Part shown: in pieces, positions 41,349-52,100 of the stretch
Layout: the number at the start of each line of letters is the position of its first letter
How positions within the stretch are numbered: the stretch's first letter is position 1
Source: an uncultured Verrucomicrobiales bacterium
GTDB taxonomy: Bacteria > Verrucomicrobiota > Verrucomicrobiia > Verrucomicrobiales > DEV007
Assembly: GCA_938091905.1 (NCBI GenBank)
Contig: CALKOM010000007.1
Location: 1 to 60,064, forward strand
DNA length: 60,064 nucleotides
Direction: 5' to 3'
The notes under the pieces: generated by a model
Told to the model about the DNA's origin: nothing
Seen by the model: the letters and a program-made list of their open reading frames with translations, nothing else
Database searches by the model: none
Translations under genes and position numbers: made by a program

Positions 41349-41816
41349 ATGTCCCCTGAACTTCTTGAAACCATTCAGACCTCACCTCTGAACCCGTGGA
41401 TTGGCGCTGCCCTTCTTATCTTCCTGGCATTTACTCTGGTCAAGATCGTCGCGCAGACCATTGGAAAACTTATCATCGCAGCGGTTCTCGCTATCATCGG
41501 GATTCTCGGATGGAACTGGTGGAACGAACAGGAAGAGTGGCAGCTCTCCGACATCGGGTCTGATTGGTTTCAGTCCATCCAAGAGACAGATTTTTCAACC
41601 TCCAGCGTCCAGACCTTGGTCGAGGACACTAGCAGGTTTCTCAAAGAGGCTACGGAAGCTTCTCGAGCTAAGGGACATGAAGCGACAAAGGGCGCCTTAG
41701 CCAAGATGGCTGAGTCACTCAAAGAGAAGATGACTGAAGCTGGTAATCAGGGACAAGAAGAGGCTCAGCGCGAGATCGAGAAGCTCCATCAGACGGTCAT
41801 AGCGAAGCTGAAATAG
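41349..41816 (+). CDS. Hypothetical membrane protein
   Basis: Two N-terminal TM helices and a helical C-terminus. Confidence 0.7.
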   Translation: MSPELLETIQTSPLNPWIGAALLIFLAFTLVKIVAQTIGKLIIAAVLAIIGILGWNWWNEQEEWQLSDIGSDWFQSIQETDFSTSSVQTLVEDTSRFLKEATEASRAKGHEATKGALAKMAESLKEKMTEAGNQGQEEAQREIEKLHQTVIAKLK

Positions 41817-41838
41817 AATATTTGTAAGACTTCATGAC

Positions 41839-42576
41839 GTGTTTTTTAGCGAAGAGCATGACCACAATGGACCGATCATTCTGCCGAATCTTTATTCAGT
41901 GATTCCTCTCAGACAACTTGCACACGCTGTGTACGCGGGACGGAATATCGAGCTTTCCCAGCGAGGAGATTCATTCCATATCGTCGTGGATCGATTCCCC
42001 ATTCGATCGACGGAGATGGCTCGAATAGAAGAAGTTGCTGTGATTCGCACCTGTGAACCCCTTGCTGTGAAGCGGCAGCCCCGACTGCTCCTGGAGGGAT
42101 TGGGTCTAGGAATTGCCGTGGCCAAAGCGGAGCAGGTCATGGCCCCTAGAGCCAAGATCACGGTGGCTGAGGCGGTTTCCGAGATTGTCAGCTGGCACGG
42201 AACGTTCCTGCCTCTCCTCCCAAGCTCTACGCAGCCGGATCATTTCCGAGTTTCTCGGGAATCCCTCGCAACGACTCTAGCAGCCAATCCGGAAACCTAC
42301 GATGCCATCGTCCTTGAGCTGGATTATGCCATCGATCCGTTTCTCATATCCTCCAGGCGCGTGGACGACTACCTGCCAGCAATCGCTCAGCTTCTCATGA
42401 GCCTACGGCCGCGAGGCAAGGTTGCTATCCACTCGACGAAAGAGGCCCCCCCTTTAAGTAAAGCGCTAGAAATATCGGGTTTTGAGGTCGAGCATCGGTT
42501 GGAGGCACCGCACAAACGAAGCAAGGCTCGCCATCATCTGACGATCGGATCTTTACCAATGCCCGGCAACGCGTAG
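41839..42576 (+). CDS. Divergent spermidine-synthase-like SAM-fold protein
   Basis: L.QRG..F.I, LLLEGLGLG (motif I-like), ITVAE, YDAIVLELD, L.P.G.VAI.S and GF.VE. Start uncertain. Confidence 0.6.
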   Translation: MFFSEEHDHNGPIILPNLYSVIPLRQLAHAVYAGRNIELSQRGDSFHIVVDRFPIRSTEMARIEEVAVIRTCEPLAVKRQPRLLLEGLGLGIAVAKAEQVMAPRAKITVAEAVSEIVSWHGTFLPLLPSSTQPDHFRVSRESLATTLAANPETYDAIVLELDYAIDPFLISSRRVDDYLPAIAQLLMSLRPRGKVAIHSTKEAPPLSKALEISGFEVEHRLEAPHKRSKARHHLTIGSLPMPGNA

Positions 42577-42625
42577 CCTGAATGCCCACTTGCCTAGACC
42601 CTGAATCGGATGGCAGAATGAGATT

Positions 42626-43951
42626 ATGATTACACGCCGCCGTTTGCTAAAGACGTCCTCGTTAGCTCTCTTTCCCACCTTCGCTCCAAACTTGGGACTC
42701 GCGAAATCTCCCAATGGCAAGCTGAACCATGCCTGTATCGGAACAGACGGAATGGGATGGAGCGATCTTCAAAGCCTCAGCTCTCACTCTAACATTCATA
42801 TCGTAGCTATCTGCGATGTCGATACGGCGCGAATGGCCAAAGCGGCCGAGAAGTTTCCCCAAGCACGCTGCTACCAGGACTGGCGAGAGCTCTTAGAAAA
42901 AGAGGGCGACAAGATCGATTCTGTCAATGTGACCGTCCCAGACCACATGCACGCGCCGATCACGCTGGCGGCGCTGCGAGCTGGTAAACACGTCTATTGT
43001 CAGAAGCCACTGACGCATGAAGTGTCCGAAGCACGGGCCGTTCGGTTGGAGGCGGAGAAAGCTGGCGTCGTGACCCAGATGGGCAATCAAATCCAATCGA
43101 ATATTGAGTATCGCATGGCAGTGCGCTTGTTGCAAGATGGAGCCATCGGGAAAGTGAAAGAGATTTACTCATGGAGCGGTGCTGGATTTCCTTATCGTGG
43201 TCGCCCTGCCGATTCTGATCCTATTCCGGAAACGCTGGATTGGAACAAATGGCTTGGAGTGGCACCAGACCGCCCATTCAAGAAAAGCCTCTATCATGAT
43301 TTCAACTGGCGAGGTTGGCAGGACTTTGGCGGTGGAGGTTTGGGCGACTTTGGTTGCCACATCATGGATGTTCCGTTTACCGCGCTCGAGTTGAATGCGC
43401 CAACCTCGATCAGAGCTTCGGTTCCCAAAGAGTGGCTAGAGGATGCTGCCTCTCGTCGCGATAATTGGCCGGATGGCCAGGACGTTGAGTATGTCTTTCC
43501 CGGAAACAAATGGACTGCTGGCGGATCGATCAAATTGACTTGGAGTGATGGGAATCGTCGTCCGGCTCGTGAACTCTTCGATTTCGAGCGTGAAGGTCGG
43601 AACGTGCCTGGAGGTGGTTCTCTCTTCATTGGAGAGGGCGGCAAACTGATGATTCCTCACATTTCCGGCCCTCAACTACTTCCCTATTCGAAGAATAGAG
43701 GCCTGAAGCGTCCGGACGTAAAAGGGTTTAACCACTATCATGCGTATATAGACGCGTGCCATGGCAAGGGTACGACGGGCTCCAATTTTACTTATGCAGG
43801 CCCTCTTGCCGAGACCACCTGCCTCGGCCTGGTCGCGTGCCGAGTCCCCAACACGCTTCTTCATTGGGATGCAGACCAGTTAGCCATCACAAATTCTCCA
43901 GAAGCAAATGCCCTCGTGCACCCGACTTACCGCACCGATTTTCAAGTTTGA
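42626..43951 (+). CDS. Tat-exported Gfo/Idh/MocA oxidoreductase
   Basis: TRRRLL, IGTDGMG, PDHMH, HVYCQKPL, QMGNQ and GDFGCH..D. Confidence 0.93.
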   Translation: MITRRRLLKTSSLALFPTFAPNLGLAKSPNGKLNHACIGTDGMGWSDLQSLSSHSNIHIVAICDVDTARMAKAAEKFPQARCYQDWRELLEKEGDKIDSVNVTVPDHMHAPITLAALRAGKHVYCQKPLTHEVSEARAVRLEAEKAGVVTQMGNQIQSNIEYRMAVRLLQDGAIGKVKEIYSWSGAGFPYRGRPADSDPIPETLDWNKWLGVAPDRPFKKSLYHDFNWRGWQDFGGGGLGDFGCHIMDVPFTALELNAPTSIRASVPKEWLEDAASRRDNWPDGQDVEYVFPGNKWTAGGSIKLTWSDGNRRPARELFDFEREGRNVPGGGSLFIGEGGKLMIPHISGPQLLPYSKNRGLKRPDVKGFNHYHAYIDACHGKGTTGSNFTYAGPLAETTCLGLVACRVPNTLLHWDADQLAITNSPEANALVHPTYRTDFQV

Positions 43952-43955
43952 GGTC

Positions 43956-44573
43956 TCAGAGTTCAGAGTTCATCTGCGTCCTTCCGCTTAGTGCCCGGAA
44001 AAGTGTCAGTTCATCGGCATGATCAAGTCCTCCTCCGGCGGGTAAACCCTGTGCAAGTCTCGTCACGGAGACACTCTCGGATTCCAGCATTTCAGCGACG
44101 TAGTTGGCTGTGGCTTCGCCTTCGACGTCATTCGAAAGTGCTAAGATCACTTCCTCAAAAGGCCCTTCCCGCAGGCGAGCGAGAAGATGGTCCAAGGGCA
44201 GATCCGCTGGACCAACGTGCTGAAGGGGCGACAGCTTGCCGCCGAGCACTTGATACTGCCCTCGGAAGGCACCAGTTCGTTCCAATGCAAGCACATCGAC
44301 CGCGTGTTCCACCAAGCAAAGCACATGCGTCTCTCGCTCCTCCTCATTGCAGATCTCGCAGCCAGTGGCCGTGGCAAAGAAACCGCAAGTGCGACAGTTT
44401 CCCACGTCGGCCTGTACCTTGGTGAGCGACTTGGCCAGAGTTTCCGAAAAGTCCATTCCCGATTTGTGTAACCAAAGAGCCATCCGCTCGGCACTTCGAG
44501 GCCCCACCCCTGGAAGCTGCTTGAGACAGAGCACCAGCTGCTGGATAGGTTCGGGGAAATCGGCTCGCTTCAC
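43956..44573 (-). CDS. recR: Recombination mediator RecR
   Basis: LPGVGPRSAER, C4 zinc finger CRTC..CEIC, and TOPRIM motifs EVILA..VEGEATA..RLA.GLP.GG. Confidence 0.96.
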   Translation of the reverse strand: MKRADFPEPIQQLVLCLKQLPGVGPRSAERMALWLHKSGMDFSETLAKSLTKVQADVGNCRTCGFFATATGCEICNEEERETHVLCLVEHAVDVLALERTGAFRGQYQVLGGKLSPLQHVGPADLPLDHLLARLREGPFEEVILALSNDVEGEATANYVAEMLESESVSVTRLAQGLPAGGGLDHADELTLFRALSGRTQMNSEL

Positions 44574-44701
44574 GTGGATGGGAGGCTAGCCAGAGCTGTT
44601 CATTTGGCCAGAGGAAACGCCCAAGAAAGGGCTTTACAAGGTCCTTTCCTATGAAATCTTCCGCCCAAAACATTCCCTAAGTATTTATACAATTCAGACC
44701 C

Positions 44702-44941
44702 ATGGCAGACACCGAAAACAAGCAACCAGAGAGTGTGGTCGGAAAGTATTACGTCGACGACCAGTGCATCGACTGTGATCTTTGCCGCGAGACTGCTCCC
44801 GCAAACTTCACGCGCCAGGAGGATGGAGGCTACAGCTATGTCTTCAAACAGCCTGATAATGAAGAAGAAGAGGCACTCTGTGAAGAGGCTATGGAAGGGT
44901 GCCCCGTTGAGGCCATCGGCGAGGACGGCGCAGACGAGTAG
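44702..44941 (+). CDS. Single-cluster ferredoxin
   Basis: CIDCDLC..AP..F...CPVEAI in an acidic 79-aa protein. Confidence 0.95.
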   Translation: MADTENKQPESVVGKYYVDDQCIDCDLCRETAPANFTRQEDGGYSYVFKQPDNEEEEALCEEAMEGCPVEAIGEDGADE

Positions 44942-44969
44942 TCCTCATACCTAGAGTTTTCATTTCACG

Positions 44970-44998
44970 AAAGCCGGTCCCCTGGGACCGGCTTTTCT
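44970..44998 (+). terminator. Rho-independent terminator
   Basis: AAAGCCGGTCCC-CT-GGGACCGGCTTT followed by TCT, downstream of the ferredoxin. Confidence 0.85.
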
Positions 44999-45027
44999 CG
45001 TTCCTAAACAGGGAAGTCCCGCTCACT

Positions 45028-45444
45028 ATGCTAGAGCGCTTGAATAGCCTGCCCAGAATTCTAGCCCTAGCGTTCGTTTGTCTATGCCCGATGACGATTC
45101 TGAGACGCTGCACTTCGTTCGGATCGGACTCCCTCCTTGGACCGCGGCCCCTCGAACTTGCCGTTTTCAAACAAAATGATTTCCACGGTCAAACAGTCGC
45201 CAGACGTCTCTGTGAATGCGGCAGAGGTCCCTGCTGCCGGTGACATCACGGAGCGATCTGCGCATCTGGCCAGGTGGTGAACTTTCACACCTTTGGCAGG
45301 CTATTTCGCGATCAGTTAGAGTGTCCAGATGCGCTTTTCCTGGATGGAGACATTTGTAAAATGGTAGTGGATCCCGGTAATACCTCTGTAGATCCTTCCG
45401 GTGTCTTCGCCGCCATGTTCGTCGTCGTGAAGAACGACAGGTGA
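45028..45444 (+). pseudogene. Remnant of a phosphodiester glycosidase (YigE/NAGPA-like) gene
   Basis: After TGA 45241 the same frame reads VNFHTFGRLFRDQLECPDALFLDGDICKM, resembling the family C-terminal F..LF...L.C..AL.LDG motif. A signal-like N-terminus begins at 45028 and the middle is missing. Confidence 0.7.
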
Positions 45445-45448
45445 CAGC

Positions 45449-46129
45449 TTATGCTGTCGGTGCACTCTCTTTCTCAGCCGCTCGTTTCTCAGCCTCTTCA
45501 CGTTTCTTTGCAGCCTCTTCAAGCTTCTTTTTTCGCTGGACGGCTTCCTTTTTCATCTTCTCAAAAGTCTCTTTGTCAATGGGGGTGACGTCGAGATCAA
45601 GATAGAGATCACTGCTTGTAGGTCCGCTTTGGAAAAGCGCGATCGCTAAGACGTTCCCTCCAACGTTCACAACATCGGGTTTGAGAATTAACGTGTGCTC
45701 CTGTTTCAAAACACCCGGGCCTAACGCCCATTTAGAATACTCCCCTGGCTTGGTAGCATCGGCTACATTGAGCCGATGAACTTCCTTTCCATTGACATGG
45801 AAGACAGCGCCATCATCCATCCTAACTTTAATGACATAGCCAGCGGCAACTTCCTCTACCTTGAATCCATGCCGCAAATAAGCCGTCGCATGCTTCTTCT
45901 TTGCGTCCTCACCAAAGCTTAGCGGGGTCGACACAGGTTCTTTGCCATATCCCAATGGTGTCGTGGCGTCCTTCCATTCCTTTGTGTCGTATGTGGAACT
46001 GGTCCAGCCTTCGGCTGGCGCCTCCTTCTTATCCCATGCTTTCCATCCATCGGCACCTTTCTTGATGACAGGATCAGCAGCAAATGACGTGACCATCAAG
46101 CATCCTATGACGACGAGATTTCTAAACAT
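45449..46129 (-). CDS. Exported galactose-binding-like beta-sandwich protein with charged tail
   Basis: Signal peptide, W..W...W...PLGYG, TAYLRH.F, DDGA..HVNG.EV.R.N and N.LAI...Q....SSDL..DL. Confidence 0.8.
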   Translation of the reverse strand: MFRNLVVIGCLMVTSFAADPVIKKGADGWKAWDKKEAPAEGWTSSTYDTKEWKDATTPLGYGKEPVSTPLSFGEDAKKKHATAYLRHGFKVEEVAAGYVIKVRMDDGAVFHVNGKEVHRLNVADATKPGEYSKWALGPGVLKQEHTLILKPDVVNVGGNVLAIALFQSGPTSSDLYLDLDVTPIDKETFEKMKKEAVQRKKKLEEAAKKREEAEKRAAEKESAPTA

Positions 46130-46184
46130 ATTTATAAGCTATCGACTCACGGATGCGTTGTCAATTTCCGCTAGGTAGTAGAAC

Positions 46185-49100
46185 CTAGTCAGCTAGAACC
46201 CGCACACGGTAGAAATGGCGATTACTGCTCTCAGTTTCCGTTCTTTCAGTGGTCATGCCTGATGCGGTGATGGTGATAACATCAATCCAGCTGCCCTCCT
46301 CGAGGCTAGTGTTGCCTTGAAGCGTGTAACGTTTTCCCGGAACTGAAGACCAGCTGGTGGTAATCAAGCCTCCATCTTGAGAACGGATAATCCCGAGAAT
46401 CTTAAGAACGGACGTGCGGTCGGTGGGATCTGTTCCCGCAGCGACTTCTGTTCCATCACTCATGCCATCGCCATCGGTGTCGGCCAATGTGGGCGAGGTT
46501 CCCAAGACTGCTTCTTCCACATCGGTGAGGCCATCACCATCGGTATCGATGTCAGGAATCAGATCGGAATTCGGGGCAGCGCCGGGCGTTCCTATGGCTC
46601 CCATTCTCACGAACCAGTTGGCAGCATCCTCGTAGTCTCCACCGACATCAATGATCTCGAGCGAGGGACCTTCACCATCTGCAGCAGTCGGCCAGGGTTC
46701 ATTATCGGAGAACGTGAAGTCGTGAATGATATTTCCCAACCGATCGCGCAACACAATGCGTTCCCCTCCATTTGAAATGGCGCCTCCGGTCCATTGGCCA
46801 AGGATTCGGATCTCGCTGCCATAGGTAGCTTGAAAAGCAGCGATATCAGCAACGACGACGGCATACTCACCTGGGGCCAATTCCTCTTCGCCGAGCACCA
46901 TGGTCTCAAATGGCCTCGTGGCTTCAAAGGTGACGCCAGCAAGGCTTATCACAGCTGGTCCACGATTATGTAGTTCGATGTATTCTGAACCCACTCTATC
47001 TGCGGGGTGATACATGATTTCAGAAATACGCAAATCGGTCAGAGCTGGCGAGGTTGCTAGAGGATCGACGAGCAGCGCATAGTCAAATTCCACACGGACA
47101 CTCTCAACCTTATCGGTCGATACAAAGAGTCCACCTTGATTGGCAGACACCTCGTTAGCAACGGGCCGAGAGTGCAACAAGCTCCACTGACCAGCGCCCT
47201 CTTGATAGTCAAAGCGAAGCTCATCGCCTGCGCGACGAATGCGTACTGCGGCAGATCCCCCGCCCCAAGACAGGGATTGGAGGGACGCGTTGTTACGGCG
47301 AGCGGCCAATCGCTTGCCGTCCTCCATGACCATGGCGTAGCGCACAAGTGATCCGTTCTCCACCATCTCGACGGTGACTCCAGCCATAAAATCTCCAGTC
47401 TGGACGGAAACGAGATTGACATCGGTCTCTAAAGCCCAATCCGTGGACTTTGGGAGAGGGCGTAGAATAGCAGGATACGCTCTCGTGTTTGGGGAAAACG
47501 ACTTCAACGCGTCTTGCACCATCATGGTAAGTTTGCCAGGCCGATCTTCTAAAGAATACCAGGTGTCAGCACCCGAACCATCACGAACAAATACATTCTG
47601 TAGAGCCCAATGGCCTTCTAGTAGAGGCTCTTTAAACGGGCTCCAACCGTTCAAGGCATAGACCGCGGCCTCTCTAATTTCACTGTCAGCTCCAGCAGAA
47701 TCGTCAGAGGCTGTCACCGTGAACTCATACAGCCCCGGACGGGCAAATGTCGCGCTAGCGACCGCATCATTCTCTGCAAGAGTTAGCTCTACGTTAGACT
47801 CAGGAATCACCGCCCAGCCATACGTTAAAGTGCTGCCCTCCGGATCGTAGGAGTCTCTCAAATCCATCTCAATAGAATCATGCAAGGCAACATGGTAGGA
47901 ATTAGGCCTGGGATTGATGTCGATCACAGGGGCAGCATTGCCTGTTTTGGTCACGCGGAAAGTTTCCTTTCCAACCACATTACCGTCGGCGTCCACAGCC
48001 TCGACCCGAAGGTTGTTCACGCCTTCGGCAAGTTCAATCCCTGTTAGGTTCCACGCAGATTCTGCGGTGAATTCCCATTCTGCTTCTGGATGTTCCGCGA
48101 CTCGGACGCTGAAGGCATTGTAAGGACTCGTACCCCGGAGTTCAAAAGTATCGTTGGATGTCGTTGCACTGCTTCCATTGCCTGAAGTGACATTGAAATC
48201 TTCATTTAGCGCACTGTTGCCGATCGTCGATCTGGCCTTGCTAAGGCGCTGTGAGTTCCAACTCGTGTAAGTACCCTGGTTACTAGAGTAGGATCCTGAC
48301 GCTTCCTCTTCCATCTGGAACCACGCATCCAGCCGAGGTGAATTGTGCGTGTACTTATCGATCATCTGACCGAGGTAGTAATTCACCCGCTGCTCTACAT
48401 AGGGTTTTCTAAAGAAATTCCGTACACCTGACAAGTTCCCAATGAATTCCGCATTGGCATTCCCAAAGGTGAGATCAGAGTCCCATTGGATGAGCATCCA
48501 ACGCCCATCGGATTGTCTTCGGAGAAAATAGCCGTTCTTTCCACGATTGCGTGTGAGAGTATCCCAATCATCACACCAGCCACGCACCACCGCGTTTGCG
48601 GCCATCATGTCAATATCCGCCATCCGTTCAATCTCGTCTCGTGTAAAATCGTTCTCACCGACGGCCTTCACCCAATTGACGAAGGAGGAGTAGTCGTATT
48701 CCGTCTCTCGTGATCGTTTGATCCACTCTGCATGGTAGCGCTCAGGCTCATCGGTGTCTTTGTAAGACCAATCCGCATTTCGGTTGTCGCGACTCCAATC
48801 GTCTTCAAACCACCATTCGTCATCGATTCTGTAGAGTTCGCCTAGCTGGCCGTCTTCCCAATTTCGCTTGAGAAAGTCATTTGCGTTTGGCTCCACATCC
48901 TCGCGAAGATCGGCATTGCCACCGTTTACAATGACTCGAACAAACTCGTTTTCATTGGCTGGATGCCCAAAAAGATAAAGCCAATACCGAATGATGCGGT
49001 TGTGGTAGGCCCGTCCGCCTCCGGCATCATTATCGATCGCGCGCTTGGAATAGCCACGGAAGCGACGATCCCCTGGCGTCTTCCACTTTGCTCGTGAGAG

Positions 49101-52100
49101 ATTACTCCCTCCAGAACGAGTCCAAGGACTACCGCTTTTACGAAGCTCGCAGTTGTAGATGATGTCCTGTTCATTGCTAATGAACGTTGCATTGAAGTAA
49201 TGATTCGAGAGCCGTGGGAAGGCGAAGTCAAACGTGCCGCTTTCTCCCGCTCCGCCCAAGGCATTAAGAGACCGTTCAGAAATAACGAATCGCTGGCTTC
49301 GGAGATCCGACGGAATGGAGCTGTTGTCCACGACCCACAATGCTGGTCGGTTGGGAGCTCGTGTCGGCTGTCGACTAACACCACCACCAGAAGTTGCCTC
49401 CACATAAAACTGTACGACGCTGTTGTTTCCCTGATACTGAGCGAGCGTGGCCGTGTAGATGCCATCTCCGGCAATCTCATCACCGTTGCTCCCGCCGTCT
49501 GCCATGACCGTCATTCCCCAGGCATTGTCTCCTGCGGTGTTGTCCAGGCGATGACGAACCCTTACTGAAGTCAACGGCATCGCCGAGTCTACCCGCGCAG
49601 TAATAATCACAGCGTCTGATGAAGTTGGCACAGCAGGGCTGTGACGAAGTCCTGTCACCGTGGGCGCAGGAATTTCAGTCGCTCCCGAATTAGCGGCTCC
49701 TGGAGTGCCGAGATTCTTCGGAATAGGCAAGTGAATAACGCCCCCAAACGAGCGATCCCAAGTATTCACGACGAGCGTTGGCTTGCCCGAAATCCAACGC
49801 GCTTGAAACCGAAAACTCAGGTCATTGTTTCGGGCAATAGGTACCACATCGATCTCGCATCGATTGGCTTTCACATCTCCGTGACCATCCGAAATGAGAT
49901 GGAACTCGTTTCCGACTCGCTTGCTTGCATAATGCGTGCCCTGACAAAGCCATCCATTCGCGGCATCACCGTTCGTGCTCACTTCCCGTCCTTCGTTTGG
50001 CAAGAAATTTGTATTATTGTTGCTGGAGGTGAGCCGCATACTTCTGATCGCGAGGTGAGCATCACCAACGGCATGCATGTGCAATTCCTCGTAGTCGCGC
50101 GGTGTACCAGCCCTACGAAGCTGCAAGTAACGGTCCTCGATTCTGAAAGGCTGGAACGTTGACTTGTTAGACTCATCCGAAGCGATCCAGGCGTTTCCCA
50201 TGGTGTTGTCCATTTCTGGGTGACGAAGTTCCAAACTGCTACCCAGACCTCCAGCGAGGGCTGGCCAGTCTCCTCCGACGTGATAATGCAATTCTTCTGC
50301 CGAGTTCCCCCAGGCATCGACCAAACGCACCCGCTCTCCTCCATTGGCGAAGTTTCCTGAATAGGGTCCAAGCACACGAGCCGCTGGATGGGCTTCCGAA
50401 GTGAATGCCTTATTGGCTGCGACGACTAAATAAGCGCCCGCCTCTAGCGTAGTACCCGAAGGAAAGGTGTAGTTGATCCCACGATCAAACTTCCACGATG
50501 AAAGATTGACCGTTTCTATGCCTTTGTTATACAGCTCGACATATTCGCCATCGCGATGCCCAGTAGGTGGCTCGACCATGAGTTCTGTGATGACGATGTC
50601 GGTCTCGCGGTCGGGCTCATTCGCCTCGTTACGTGAGCCGACTTCAGACACGAAAAATCTATTGGAACCGTCAGGAAACGCAGCCACATGGCGACGATCT
50701 GAATCTAGTGAAACCGTGATTGCATGAATCACTGTATTCGATTCATCGAACACAAAGAGGCTCACATTGCCGTCTGCATCCCCAACATCCACGCTTGTTT
50801 CCACGCTCGCAAAACCTCCACCTACGATCGCATCTCCCAAGGCAATCTTGTCCGAAAAGTCCCGTGCGCTAGCCAAAAAGAGTCCATCGAGCGACGCGCT
50901 CGCTTGTGAACTATTGTGAAACTCCACCCAATCAATGAGCCCTTCGTCGCTTATATGAAGTTCATTGATAACCAAGGCAGAGCCCCCGCCTCCCGAGCTA
51001 ACATTTCCGCTACCAGGTGTAGGTCCGGTGAAAAGAAACCAAGAACCGCTGCCCTCTGGTTTGCGCCCTAAAGAGCGTCCATCCAATGGCATCGGCGTGC
51101 TGATGGCATTTACTACCGTGGTGCCGTCAGACTGCGTTAGAAACACGCTCGTATTTCCGGAGATACGCAGTAAGGACTCCAAGAAACCAACAGTTACTAG
51201 GCCTTTCGCCGGAACGACCACGCCGGCGGGAATAGTCCCTCTAGTGAGATTGCCAGGGTCATCAGTCAGAAACCACCCGCTAAGATCAACATCACTGTTT
51301 CCCGGATTGTAGAATTCGACGAAGCCTTCACCCGCACCGGCTGGAAGAACCTCATTGATGATAACGCTTGTCGCAAGAGGCGTTGAGATGCTCATTCTTG
51401 CGCCAAAGACAGCATCGGAACTAGTCGTATTCGTCTGTTTGAGAGTAGCAGCTAACACATTCTTGCCCTGCACGAGAGGTGGGCTATTCGAGCGGATGAC
51501 AGCGAGTTCCTCTCCCGCATTGCTAACAGTACGCGATGCTGTATCATTGTGACCCGATCCCGGCGTCGTCGCCACACCTCCGAGCCACTGACCATTCAAC
51601 CAGAAACCCGCTCCGTCGTCATTGATAAGATCGATCGTGACCGAAGCACCTGAGGTGTCTCCTGTGTATTCAAACTCCTTACGGAAATAATAGGTTAACT
51701 GGTCGACATCGTTTAGACCGGTGCGCATGCCAGGTTCTGGCACCCCACTATTCTCAAACCCGTAGAGCCCTCCATTGTTGCCAGCTGCGTTCTCGCGAGT
51801 CCAACCGGGGTGCGTAAAGATGTAGTCTGCATCTCTCCAAGACGTTCCGAGATCTCGATCTCCATCATGGAAATCCCATTTGTCACCGTACTCGATGAAC
51901 GGAATGCCCACAGTCAGATCAACAGATGGATTGGGATAAGGCTCTTCCGGTTGGGCTGGCTCAGGGTTGCCAGGCGTACCGCCAGGAGTTGGGCTGACAC
52001 CCCATGCTCGATAGTCATCGATAGCCAAACTATCATCGGTCAACACTAGCGTATGCCCTGCCCCGTCGGCCGCCACCGGCCAAGTATCTCTATCGTTATA

